NCBI GenBank assembly: GCA_046758965.1
Contig: JBHIBG010000003.1
Span: 32,001-96,000 of the forward strand
Length of the DNA stretch: 64,000 nucleotides
Direction of reading: 5' to 3'
Source: Candidatus Methylomirabilia bacterium
GTDB taxonomy: Bacteria; Methylomirabilota; Methylomirabilia; Rokubacteriales; CSP1-6
Of this stretch, positions 21,156-30,666 are shown in pieces. The position numbers and the translations under genes were made by a program. The notes below the pieces were generated by a model. That model searched no databases and was not told where the DNA came from. It was given only the letters and a program-made list of their open reading frames with translations. Each line of letters starts with the position of its first letter. Position 1 is the stretch's first letter.

Positions 21156-22065
21156 GACTGCTCTCCATGCGCTCCAGAACACGGAGCTTGGCGCTTCGGG
21201 AGCGGCGATTGGCCCGCACCTCGTCTCGGCACGGAGTAACGGGGGCCGGCGTGAGCTCGGCAAACGGGCCCGCCGCGAGGCTCTTGAAGATCCGCCGCAC
21301 CACCCGGTCTTCCCCGGAATGGAAGCTGATGACCCCCAGGCGACCGCCCGGCGCCAGCAGTGTCGCAGCCTGAGGAAGCCCCTCAGCCAGCGCCGCAAGC
21401 TCGTCGTTCACCGCCATCCTGAGTGCCTGGAAGGTCCGCGTCGCCACGTGGCTCCGCCGGGGCCACGCGCGTCGCGGCACTGAGGCCTTGACCACCTCAA
21501 CCAGGTCAGCGGTGGTCCTGATCGGCGCCGACCCCCGGCGGGCGATAATCCCCCGGGCGATGCGCTGGGCGTGAGGCTCCCCGCCGTACTCCGAGAGGAT
21601 CCGGACCAGCTCGGCCTGGGAGAGGGTCCGGAGCAACCGGGCCGCGGTGCGCCCTCCCGACGGATCAACGGACATCTCCAGTGGCTCAACCCGGAGGAAC
21701 GAGAAGCCTCTCCCGGAGGATTCGATCTGAGCGGATGAGAGGCCCAGGTCCAGCAGCACGCTCTCGGCTACATCCACCCCCGCCTCCCGCGCGAGGCGAC
21801 CGAGCTGCCTGAAGTTCCCCTTTCTCAACACCACGCGGGCCCCGAACCGGGCGAGGCGAACCTCAGCACGTGCCAGCGCTTCGGCATCCGCATCGATCCC
21901 CAAGAGCCTGGTCATTGCCGGGCCGGCCTCCAGGAGCAGTTCCGCATGTCCACCCTCTCCCACCGTGCCATCCACCACCCATCCTCCGCGCCTGGGTCGC
22001 AGGAGAAACAAGACCTCGTCCACGAGCACCGGGAGGTGCGCGACCGCCCCCCGGACTTCACCCAT
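21142..22065 (-). CDS. rsmH: 16S rRNA m4C1402 methyltransferase
   Basis: HLPVL, DGTVGEGGHA, DLGLSS, ATRTFQALR, ISFHSGEDR, RSRSAKLR. Confidence 0.97.
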   Translation of the reverse strand: MGEVRGAVAHLPVLVDEVLFLLRPRRGGWVVDGTVGEGGHAELLLEAGPAMTRLLGIDADAEALARAEVRLARFGARVVLRKGNFRQLGRLAREAGVDVAESVLLDLGLSSAQIESSGRGFSFLRVEPLEMSVDPSGGRTAARLLRTLSQAELVRILSEYGGEPHAQRIARGIIARRGSAPIRTTADLVEVVKASVPRRAWPRRSHVATRTFQALRMAVNDELAALAEGLPQAATLLAPGGRLGVISFHSGEDRVVRRIFKSLAAGPFAELTPAPVTPCRDEVRANRRSRSAKLRVLERMESSRVAA

Positions 22066-22508
22066 TAGATCCCCATGCCCCCGAGCCTCTCGAGCACCGT
22101 CGGGATCTGATCTTGATGCGTCCGGTCAAACTCCTCGAAGCGGCGCCGGTCCCAGACCTCGAAGTGCAGGAGCCCGCCGCCGACGATGGTCACGTCTTTG
22201 ACCAGTCCCACCTCGGCGCGACACTCCGGCGGAAGCTGGATCCGGCCCTGGCGATCCAGGCTCGCATCACGCGCTTTGGAGGTGAAGAGGCGGGCAATAG
22301 CCTTGCGCTCGGGACTGAAGGTTGGAAGCTGGCGCACCTTCTCCTCGACGCGCTGCCATTCTTCCAGCGGATAGACCTCGAGGCAGTGCTCGTTGGGCAC
22401 CACGATCAGGTTCTCGCCGAAGTGCTCCAACTGAGCCTCGCGGAATTTGGCGGGAATACTGAGCCGCCCTTTCGGGTCGATCGTGTGATGGAAACGGCCC
22501 CGAAACAT
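22065..22508 (-). CDS. mraZ: transcriptional regulator MraZ
   Basis: MFRGRFHHTIDPKGRLSIP and LDRQGRI repeats. Confidence 0.97.
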   Translation of the reverse strand: MFRGRFHHTIDPKGRLSIPAKFREAQLEHFGENLIVVPNEHCLEVYPLEEWQRVEEKVRQLPTFSPERKAIARLFTSKARDASLDRQGRIQLPPECRAEVGLVKDVTIVGGGLLHFEVWDRRRFEEFDRTHQDQIPTVLERLGGMGI

Positions 22509-22540
22509 GTTCTCCGCTTTATGCCAACGATGTCCTGTTC

Positions 22541-22618
22541 GTGGGGTGTTGATACCACTTCATGGGATTTCATCCCACTTTAAGGGGCCATCCTACACAG
22601 GCCCGAAAATCGTGTCAA
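22541..22618 (-). promoter_or_regulatory. dcw promoter with probable MraZ operator repeats
   Basis: TTGACA (22618-22613), 17 bp, TAGGAT (22595-22590), followed by AAGTGGGATG-AAATCCCATG-AAGTGGTATC GTGG-type repeats in 10-bp phase. Confidence 0.75.
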
Positions 22619-22759
22619 GCGGAAAATGTTGATTTTTCCACGAAATGCACGACGATCGAGCAGGGGCGATCTCTGGGGGAAGGAGAGCAGGACACCTACA
22701 GCGGGTTGAGGAGATGGCGGGAGGAGAGCCCGGGAGCGAGGGATCTCAGGTGAGGAGGC

Positions 22760-23569
22760 TCACCCCCACTGAGCCCTGCCTCGGGCACTCGAGGCCCGGT
22801 AGTACCGCAGGGCCTCGGGAATCCACCGCTGGATCTGCCTGATTCGAGCGCCGTGGGAGGGATGCGTGGAGAGGAACTCGGGGGGCCTGCCCCGCCCTCT
22901 GGTCGCCGCCTCCATGCGCTGCCAAAACGAGATGGCCGCGCGCGGGTCATAGCCGGCCCTGGCCATGTAGATCAGCCCGAGGCGGTCGGCCTCGGACTCC
23001 TGGGCCCGGCTGAACGGCAGGATAACGCCCACGGAAGCGCCGGCGCCGAGAAGAGTGGCCACGCGCCGAACTGTGCGGGGGTCCCGATTGGCCATGCCCA
23101 CCTGAACGGCGGTGAGCCCGACCTGCACCAGGAGCCCCTGGCTCACCCGCTCCGCGCCGTGGCGGGCGATGGCGTGGGCCACCTCGTGCCCGATGACCGT
23201 GGCCAGCCCGGCATCGTCCTTGGTGACCCGCAGCATCCCCGTGTACACCGCCACCTTCCCGCCGGGCAAGGCGAAGGCGTTGATCCGCTTGTCGCCTTCA
23301 ATCACGGTGAACTCCCACCGGTAGTCCGTGCGCCCGGTGGCCGAGGCAATACGGCTGCCGACCCGCCTCACCATTGCATTGAGCTCCGGGTCTCGGGAGA
23401 CTTTGGATTTCCCCAGGATTTGCCGGTACGCCTGCAGCCCCATCCGCACTTCCTGAGCCTCGGAAAGGAGTATCAGCTGCGAGCGACCCGTAATGGGGAC
23501 GGTCTCGCAGGCCACCCAGAGGCCCAAGAGGAGCAGAAGGCCGGTCGCTAGCCCCAAACGCGTCCGCAT
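22760..23569 (-). CDS. M48 family zinc metallopeptidase lipoprotein
   Basis: Lipobox WVAC; INAFALPGG, HEVAH, ESEAD, FLSTHP. Confidence 0.93.
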   Translation of the reverse strand: MRTRLGLATGLLLLLGLWVACETVPITGRSQLILLSEAQEVRMGLQAYRQILGKSKVSRDPELNAMVRRVGSRIASATGRTDYRWEFTVIEGDKRINAFALPGGKVAVYTGMLRVTKDDAGLATVIGHEVAHAIARHGAERVSQGLLVQVGLTAVQVGMANRDPRTVRRVATLLGAGASVGVILPFSRAQESEADRLGLIYMARAGYDPRAAISFWQRMEAATRGRGRPPEFLSTHPSHGARIRQIQRWIPEALRYYRASSARGRAQWG

Positions 23570-23680
23570 AACAACCCCTACTGTACAACCGGATCGGTCA
23601 CGAGGGAATCTCGATCGCCGAGTCGAGGATGGCACGGGGCCCAGCGGCCGGCGCCGGAGACAGGACCGGTCAGAGGCTGC

Positions 23681-24574
23681 TCAATCGGGCGTAGGAGCGG
23701 GAGGTTGCTTGCTCCAGTCGTAGAAGCCCTTGCCGCTCTTCCGGCCGAGGTCACCACGCTTGACGCGCGCCTCGAGCGCTTTCGGGGGGAGGTCCTTGGC
23801 TTCCTTGGTGATCTCGTAGGTCTCGAGCCGCGCGTTGTACCCGATATCGAGGCCGGAGAAGTCGGCGAGCTTGAACGGCCCCATCGGGTGGTTCAGGCCC
23901 AGCTCAACGGCCTTGTCGATGTCAGCGAAGGAGGCGACGCCCTCTTCGAGGAGGTAATACGCCTCCCGGGCGAGCGCGCGGAGGATGCGGTTGACGAGGA
24001 ACCCCGGGAGCTCCTTGCGGAGGATGACCGGCTCACGGCCGATCTTCCTGGTCAGGGCGGCCACGAGGTCCACCGTCTCTTCACTCGTCTCCCTCCCCTT
24101 CACCACTTCGACCAGCCGCATCACCAGCGGGGGGTAGAACCAGTGCATGTTGGCGCACTGCGCGGGCCGCTTGGTGGCCGTCGCGATCTGCGAGATCATC
24201 AGCGTGGAGCTGTTGCTGGTGACAATCGCGTGGGGTGGGCAGCTCAGGTCCAGCGTGGCGAAGCATTCCTTCTTCGGCTCCAGGCGCTCGATGATCGCCT
24301 CGATCACGAAATCGGCGGCGGAAGCGGCCTGCTCCAGATCGGGGTCGAGCTCCACCCGAGCGATGGCCGCCTCCATTTCATCTTTCGTCATCTGGCCTTT
24401 GGCCACCCGCCGCTCCAGGTGCCCGCGGTTGGTCTTCATGGCGCGATCGAGGATCTCCTCGGAGAGGTCGTTCAGCGTGACCTGAAAGCCGTGCAGAGCC
24501 GCCTGCATCGCGATCTGGGAGCCCATCTGGCCTGCTCCCACTACCAGAATGCGTTTGATGTCATCGACCGTCAT
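23681..24574 (-). CDS. 3-hydroxyacyl-CoA (3-hydroxybutyryl-CoA) dehydrogenase
   Basis: GAGQMG, SNSSTL, PGFLVNR, HPMGPF, LGRKSGKGFY. Confidence 0.93.
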   Translation of the reverse strand: MTVDDIKRILVVGAGQMGSQIAMQAALHGFQVTLNDLSEEILDRAMKTNRGHLERRVAKGQMTKDEMEAAIARVELDPDLEQAASAADFVIEAIIERLEPKKECFATLDLSCPPHAIVTSNSSTLMISQIATATKRPAQCANMHWFYPPLVMRLVEVVKGRETSEETVDLVAALTRKIGREPVILRKELPGFLVNRILRALAREAYYLLEEGVASFADIDKAVELGLNHPMGPFKLADFSGLDIGYNARLETYEITKEAKDLPPKALEARVKRGDLGRKSGKGFYDWSKQPPAPTPD

Positions 24575-24615
24575 CGGAATCTCCTCCGCGCCCTTGCCCG
24601 CGGTCAGGCACGCAC

Positions 24616-24848
24616 CGGGGTGCCCTCCCTCGGTCAGGACCCTGTCGCCTGCTCACTCGGACGGGGGCCTCGGCGGCCCCCTCCGAAACCTCCCCCTTCA
24701 GCTTGCGCGGGCAAAGCCCGCGCTCGAACAGCCCCGCCTTGGTGCGCGCCTCGTGCCCGGGGCTGCGTTGGGCGGCTCGGAGCGCTCCGGCGTCCTGCGC
24801 TTCACCGCGCGCTACGGCTTGTCGGATTCGGTCGCGGAGGGCACCCCG
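24616..24848. repeat. ~233-bp segment bounded by 13-bp perfect inverted repeats, containing REP-like copy 2 (24656-24730)
   Basis: cggggtgccctcc (24616-24628) and ggagggcaccccg (24836-24848). Confidence 0.65.
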
Positions 24849-24859
24849 ACGCATGCACC

Positions 24860-25089
24860 CTAGGTCGCCTGTTCGCCCAACATCTGCACGTTTGTGCCCA
24901 CTTTTGGCAGGACGCCACTGGCGCCGGGCCGAGAACCGAGCAGATCAAGGACGCAGGGAGGAGCCCACCGGAGGCGTACTCCCTGTACGTTGAGGATGGG
25001 TGACGACCGCCCGATGACCAACGGCCGAAGGCCATCCTTGGCGGGCACCCACGAAGTGGGTCGTGCGACGGTTATCGGCACGGCGCTAG
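24860..25089. mobile_element. 230-bp CTAG-bounded MITE-like element, copy 1
   Basis: Inverted near-identical copy at 59749-59978. Internal TIRs cgccg(g/t)gccgagaaccg and cggttatcggcacggcg. Confidence 0.8.
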
Positions 25090-26501
25090 CTGATGGGCGG
25101 CCGCTTCCCCGCCCAGGGCTGGGCCGCCTCGAAGCAGGCTGAAGCCCGGAGCACCGTCTGATCGTCGAAGCGGCGCCCCACAATCTGGAGCCCGATGGGG
25201 AGGCCGTCCCGGGTGAAGCCGCACGGCACCGAGGCGGCAGGCTGGCCCGTCAGGTTGAACGGGTATGTGAACGGGATCCAGCCGTAGATCGGAATCGGCC
25301 GGCCCGCGATCTCTGCGGGGTTGTCGATCCCCACTCTGAAGGGCGGGCAGGCCACCGTGGGGGTGAGCAGCAGGTCGTACCGAGCGAAGAACTTCCTGAC
25401 GTGGTCGCAGAACGTCAACCGGTCGAACCAGGCCTGGACGTACTCGGTCGGTGACCACTTGAGCGCGTCCTCGATGATCCTGACCAGCCCTCCCTCGATC
25501 TCCTGCCGGCGCTCGGGCAGGTACGGGGCGAGCCTGGTAGCGATGCCCCCGCAGAAGATCACCTCCCAGGCCTCATGAGGGCTGGGCCACCCGGGGCCAG
25601 CTGCCTCCACCCGGCATCCGAACTCCCTGAACTGCCTCGCGGCCTTCTCACACACGGTCTGGACTTCGGGATCCACCGTCGCGTAGCCGAGGTCCGGGCT
25701 CCACGCCACGCGGAGCCCTTTGAGGCTCTTTCCCCTGAGGCTCTTGAGGAAGTCGATCTGCTGGGCCGGGAGCGAAGCCAGGTCCCGCTCGTCCGGCCCG
25801 GCCAGGACGTTCAGCATCAGGGCCGCATCAGCCACGGTCCGCGTCATGGGTCCGGCGTGCGAGAGGCTCCAGGCGGCGCTGAACGGATAGACCGGGACTC
25901 GCCCGAAGGACGGCTTGATGCCGAAAATGCCGGAGAAGGAGGCGGGGATCCGGATCGAGCCCCCGCCGTCGGTGCCCACCGCGAGCGGAGCCATCCCAGA
26001 GGCCACGGCTGCGCCCGCCCCTCCGCTCGACCCCCCGGGAGTCTGCTCGGGATTCCACGGGCTCCGGGTAATTCCGAAGACCAGATTATGGGTCGCTCCG
26101 ATCCAGCCGAAGGCCGGAGTGTTGGTCTTCCCCACCAGGATGCCGCCCGCGGCCGTGAGGCGTTCGACCGCGGGAGCGTCCTCCGAGGGGATGTGATCGT
26201 CGTAAAGCCTCGACCCCCAAGTGGTGCGAACGCCTTTGGTGATCAGGAGGTCCTTGATCGAGAACGGGACGCCGTGGAGGGGACCGAGCCTCGCCCCTTT
26301 CCGCATCAGCGCGCGCTCCGCGGCCCTGGCCGCTCGACGGGCCGCCTCCGCGGTCACGGTGCAGTAGGCATTGAGCGTCGGGTTCAGCCGCTCGATGCGG
26401 GCCAGGACCGCGCTCACCACCTCCACCGGCGAGACCCTCTTCCGCCTGATCGCCCCCGCCAGCTCAACGGCGGACATCCAGCAGAGCTCGTCGTTCGCCA
26501 T
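25086..26501 (-). CDS. amidase signature family enzyme
   Basis: GVPFSIKD, PGGSSGG, GTDGGGSIRIPA. Confidence 0.95.
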   Translation of the reverse strand: MANDELCWMSAVELAGAIRRKRVSPVEVVSAVLARIERLNPTLNAYCTVTAEAARRAARAAERALMRKGARLGPLHGVPFSIKDLLITKGVRTTWGSRLYDDHIPSEDAPAVERLTAAGGILVGKTNTPAFGWIGATHNLVFGITRSPWNPEQTPGGSSGGAGAAVASGMAPLAVGTDGGGSIRIPASFSGIFGIKPSFGRVPVYPFSAAWSLSHAGPMTRTVADAALMLNVLAGPDERDLASLPAQQIDFLKSLRGKSLKGLRVAWSPDLGYATVDPEVQTVCEKAARQFREFGCRVEAAGPGWPSPHEAWEVIFCGGIATRLAPYLPERRQEIEGGLVRIIEDALKWSPTEYVQAWFDRLTFCDHVRKFFARYDLLLTPTVACPPFRVGIDNPAEIAGRPIPIYGWIPFTYPFNLTGQPAASVPCGFTRDGLPIGLQIVGRRFDDQTVLRASACFEAAQPWAGKRPPIS

Positions 26502-26523
26502 CCCTCGCTCCCTCGCCCGGCTG

Positions 26524-27942
26524 TCAACCCTTGAGGTGGAAGACGACCATCTTGAGCTCGGTCATCTCCTGCACGGCGTAGCGCGGCCCCTCCTTGCCGA
26601 AGCCCGACTCCTTGAGGCCGCCGTAGGGCATCAGGTCCGCCCGCCACTGGGGGCCCCAGTTGACGTGGAGGTTACCGGACTGGACCTCCCGCGCAAAGCG
26701 CATGGCCCACTCCAGGCTCTCGGTGAAGATGCCGGCCGACAGCCCGTAGACCGAATCGTTCGCCAGGGCGATCGCCTCGTCGATGTTGTTGAAGGGGGTC
26801 ACGGCCACCGCCGGGCCGAAGAGCTCCTCGCAGGAGATCCGCATCTCGGGCTTCACGTCCGCGACGACAGTCGGAGCGTAGATGGCGCCGCGACGCTCGC
26901 CCCCCACGACGACGCGCGCCCCCGTGGCCACTGCCTCCTTGACCCACTCTTCGACCCGGACGGCATCCCGCTCCCGCACCATGGGCCCGACCTTGGTCTC
27001 CTCCCGAAGCTGATCTCCCATGGCCAGGGCCGCCACCTTCGGCTTGAGGGCATCCAGAAAGTCGCCGTACACCTTCCCGGAAGTCAGCACTCGCTGGGTG
27101 GAGATGCAGACCTGCCCGGCATTGGCGTACCCCGTGGCCGTCACCGCCGCCGCGACCTTGTCCAGATCGGCGTCGGACATGACGATCAGCGGGGAGTTGG
27201 AGCCCAGCTCCATGGTCACCTTCTTGAGCGCGCCGAACTTGCAGATCCGCTCTCCCACATCCCGGCTCCCCGTGAACGTGATCTTGCGAACCCGGCGGTC
27301 CGAAACCAGCGCATCCCCGATCTCCCCTCCCGAGCCGGTGAGGCACTGGATCCCTTCGGGTGGCACTCCCGCCTCCAGAAGAATCTCGGTCAGCTTCAAG
27401 GCCGAGAGCGGGGTATCGGTGGCGGGCTTTACGACCACCGCATTGCCTGCCGCCAGGGCCGGCCCCACCTTGTGGCAGACCAGGTTCAGCGGGAAGTTGA
27501 ACGGGCTGATCGCCACCACGACGCCGCACGGGACCCGGATCGTGAAGCCGAACCGCTTCCCGCCGGCCGGGTCGGCGTCCAGGGGGATGGTCTCGCCGTG
27601 GATGCGCTTGGCCTCCTCCGCCGAGCCCATGATGGTCTCCACCGCCCGGCCGGCCTCCCCGCGGCCTTCGCCAATGACCTTGCCCTCCTCCATCGAGATG
27701 AGCCGGCCCAGCTCTTCCCGCCGGGAGTCGATCAGCTGTGCGGCCTTCGTCAGGATCTTCCACCGCTCGTGGCCGGAGAGCTGGGCCATCGCCTTGGCCC
27801 CCCGCTCCGCGGAGGCCAACGCCCGGTCCACATCGCCTAGGTCGGCGCGCGGGACGGTGTCGATCACCGAGTTGTCGTATGGGTTCACGACTCCGATCTT
27901 CTGAGGCTTGTCGATCCACTGCCCTGCCACATACATCTTCAT
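26524..27942 (-). CDS. NAD(P)-dependent aldehyde dehydrogenase
   Basis: PFNFP, FTGS, MELGSN, GQVCIS, EELFGP. Confidence 0.95.
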   Translation of the reverse strand: MKMYVAGQWIDKPQKIGVVNPYDNSVIDTVPRADLGDVDRALASAERGAKAMAQLSGHERWKILTKAAQLIDSRREELGRLISMEEGKVIGEGRGEAGRAVETIMGSAEEAKRIHGETIPLDADPAGGKRFGFTIRVPCGVVVAISPFNFPLNLVCHKVGPALAAGNAVVVKPATDTPLSALKLTEILLEAGVPPEGIQCLTGSGGEIGDALVSDRRVRKITFTGSRDVGERICKFGALKKVTMELGSNSPLIVMSDADLDKVAAAVTATGYANAGQVCISTQRVLTSGKVYGDFLDALKPKVAALAMGDQLREETKVGPMVRERDAVRVEEWVKEAVATGARVVVGGERRGAIYAPTVVADVKPEMRISCEELFGPAVAVTPFNNIDEAIALANDSVYGLSAGIFTESLEWAMRFAREVQSGNLHVNWGPQWRADLMPYGGLKESGFGKEGPRYAVQEMTELKMVVFHLKG

Positions 27943-28193
27943 GCGCCAATCCCCCTTCGAAACTTACGCGCCGCGCAGCCGCGATCGAACGCGTGTCGGA
28001 GCGCGTCGCTCATGAGGTCCTGGTCGAAGACTCCGCGCGTGATTACTGCGCTGTCTAGGCGTGATCCTTCTACGTCCTTTTGGGGCCACTGTCAAGCCCT
28101 TACCGAGACCGCAAAAGCCATCCGCATCCCTCGAGGCGCTCTCCCCGCTCTCGGGTCTTCCCAGGAGGGGTCGAGGGAGGACCGAGCGGAGGG

Positions 28194-28910
28194 TCAGCCG
28201 CCCAGATAGAGCTGCCTCACCTGAGGGTCTTGCAGGAGGCGGGGACCTGTGTCTTCGAAGCGGTTGCGTCCGAGCTCGAGGACATAGCCCCGATCGGAAA
28301 CCTCCAGCGCCCGGCGGGCGTTCTGCTCCACCATCAGCAGAGTCATGCCGGAGGCCTTGAGCTCCACAAGCTTCTCGAAGAGGTTTTCGATGACGCGGGG
28401 CGCCAGCCCCAGGGAGGGCTCGTCCAGCATCAGGAGCTTGGGCTCGAGCATGAGCGCCCGGCCGATCTCGAGCATCTTCTGCTGGCCTCCGCTGAGGGTC
28501 CCGGCGAGGGCGCGCTCTTTGTCGCCAAGCACCGGGAAGCGCTCGTAGACCCGGGCGATGTCCTGCTCGATCCGCCCGTCCCGCCGGATGAACGCCCCGA
28601 GCTCCAGGTTCTCCCGCACCGTCATAAGGGGCCAGATGCTCCGCCCCTGCGGCACGTAGGACAGCCCGCGGCGCAGTCGCTCTTGCGGGCGGAGCTGCCC
28701 CACCTCCTTCCCGTCGAAGCGCAGGCTGCCCGCGCGGAGCGCCAGGAGGCCGAAGATCGCCTTCATGGCGGTGGACTTCCCGGCCCCGTTAGGCCCGATG
28801 ACTGAAATCATCTCCCCGTACCCCACGCTGAGGGAGACACCGTGGAGGATGACGATGCGGCCGTAGCCGCTCACCAGCCCTCGCACGTCCAGCAGCAGGT
28901 CAGCGTCCAA
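28194..28910 (-). CDS. branched-chain amino acid-type ABC transporter ATPase (LivF-like)
   Basis: GPNGAGKS, LSGGQQ, LDEPSLGL. TTG start at 28910 inferred. Confidence 0.93.
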   Translation of the reverse strand: MDADLLLDVRGLVSGYGRIVILHGVSLSVGYGEMISVIGPNGAGKSTAMKAIFGLLALRAGSLRFDGKEVGQLRPQERLRRGLSYVPQGRSIWPLMTVRENLELGAFIRRDGRIEQDIARVYERFPVLGDKERALAGTLSGGQQKMLEIGRALMLEPKLLMLDEPSLGLAPRVIENLFEKLVELKASGMTLLMVEQNARRALEVSDRGYVLELGRNRFEDTGPRLLQDPQVRQLYLGG

Positions 28911-29649
28911 AGTAGGCCTCGATGACATCCTTGTGGCGCTGGATGTACGCGGGCTCGCCGGCCGCAATGGCCCGGCCGTGGTCGAGCACCACCACCCACT
29001 CGCAGAGGTTCATTACCACTTTCATATCGTGCTCCACGATGAGGAAGGTCGTCCCCTGCTCGCAGAGCTTCCTGATCTTGTCGAGGAGGCTATTCAACAG
29101 GGTGCGGTTCACCCCGGCAGCAGGCTCGTCAAGCAAGACGAGCGCAGGGTCGGAAATGATGGCGCTGCCGAACTCGAGCAATTTCTGCTGGCCGTAGGAG
29201 AGATTGCCGGCGGGCTCATCGCGGAGCGGCAGGAGGTTCAGCATGCCGAGGATCTGCCCCGCCTTGTCCCGAATCTCCCGTTCGTGGCGGCGGATCGCGG
29301 GGGTGCGGACGAGGCTCTGCACCCACTTCTCCCCGAAATGCTGCTGGGCCGCCATCAACAGATTGTCCAGCACGCTCATCCGGGGAAACACGCGGATGAT
29401 CTGGAAGGTACGGGCGATCCCCTTGAGCGCGATCTCGTGAGTCTTGAGCCCCATGAGCGAGTGCCCCCGGTAGACCATGTCCCCCCGGTCGGCTTGATAG
29501 ATGCCCGTCAGGAGGTTGAAGACGGTGGTCTTGCCAGAGCCGTTGGGACCGATCAGCCCCGTGATGCTGTGCTCTCTCACGGCGAAGCTGCAGTCGTCCA
29601 CCGCCGTGATCCCCCCGAACCGCTTGGTGAGCCCGCGAAGCTCTAGCAT
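28900..29649 (-). CDS. ABC transporter ATPase (LivG-like)
   Basis: GPNGSGKT, LSYGQQK, LDEPAAG, EHDM. Confidence 0.94.
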   Translation of the reverse strand: MLELRGLTKRFGGITAVDDCSFAVREHSITGLIGPNGSGKTTVFNLLTGIYQADRGDMVYRGHSLMGLKTHEIALKGIARTFQIIRVFPRMSVLDNLLMAAQQHFGEKWVQSLVRTPAIRRHEREIRDKAGQILGMLNLLPLRDEPAGNLSYGQQKLLEFGSAIISDPALVLLDEPAAGVNRTLLNSLLDKIRKLCEQGTTFLIVEHDMKVVMNLCEWVVVLDHGRAIAAGEPAYIQRHKDVIEAYFGR

Positions 29650-29655
29650 GGCGCC

Positions 29656-30666
29656 CTAGCTCTCGCTCTCCGCCTCGAGGGTGGAGGGACGCCGGCGCCC
29701 TCGCGTGACCCAGCTCCAGAGGGCCTCGAGCCCTCCCCACATCCCCCGAGGCATGAAGAGGATCACCACCATAAGCAGCAGGCCGTAGAAGACCGCCCAC
29801 GACTCCTTCGGCACGCTCAGAACGCCCGGCAGCTCGGTCAGCCTCTCGGGGAGCTGGGTGAACACAATGGCCCCCAGCACCGGCCCGTAGAGCGCGCCCG
29901 AACCCCCCGAGATGACCATGATCAGGATATAGATGGCCTCGATCAGGATGAAGTTGATGGGCTCGAGGAACTGGATGTAGTGAGCATAGAGGCTTCCGGC
30001 GACCCCCGCGTAGAAGCCGCTGATGGCGAAGGAAAGGATCTTGTACTTCTTGGTGTGCAGACCCATCGTCTCGGCCAGGTCCTCGTCTTCGCGGATCGCG
30101 ATGAAGGCCCGTCCCAACCGCGAGTTTACGATGACGGCCATGACCGCCGTGCCCGCGACAGCGAAGCTTGCCGTCAGGTAGTAGAAGGACCGGACGGAGA
30201 CGAACTCGACGTCCACCAGCCCGAAGAGATGGATGCCGCTGGGAGGCGGGATGCCGACCAGCCCCATCGGGCCCTGGGTGAGGGAAATCCAGTTGATCAT
30301 GACCATGCGCGCGACTTCGGCGAAGCCGATGGTGGCGATGGCAAAGTAGATCCCTCTGAGATTCAGAGCCGGGATGCCGACGCCGATCGCGACGAGGGCC
30401 ACGAAGAGCCCCGCTGCCGGGAGGGCGAGCCAGAAGTTGAGGCCTACGCGCATCATGAGGAGGGCGGAGGCGTAGGCTCCGATCCCCCAGAACGCCGCCT
30501 GGGCCTTGGAGAGCTGGCCGGTGTAGCCCATGATGAGGTTCAGGCCGTGGGCCAGCAGCAGGTAGATGGCGGTCAGGATGAGGAGGTGGAGCTCGAACTC
30601 GTTCTCGGTCAAGCTCGGAATGAGGAACACGAAGGCGACGATGGCGAGGCCGAGCAGCGTCTTCAT
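29656..30666 (-). CDS. ABC transporter permease (LivM-like)
   Basis: GLNLIMGYTGQLS, GRAFIAIREDE; multiple TM segments. Confidence 0.93.
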   Translation of the reverse strand: MKTLLGLAIVAFVFLIPSLTENEFELHLLILTAIYLLLAHGLNLIMGYTGQLSKAQAAFWGIGAYASALLMMRVGLNFWLALPAAGLFVALVAIGVGIPALNLRGIYFAIATIGFAEVARMVMINWISLTQGPMGLVGIPPPSGIHLFGLVDVEFVSVRSFYYLTASFAVAGTAVMAVIVNSRLGRAFIAIREDEDLAETMGLHTKKYKILSFAISGFYAGVAGSLYAHYIQFLEPINFILIEAIYILIMVISGGSGALYGPVLGAIVFTQLPERLTELPGVLSVPKESWAVFYGLLLMVVILFMPRGMWGGLEALWSWVTRGRRRPSTLEAESES

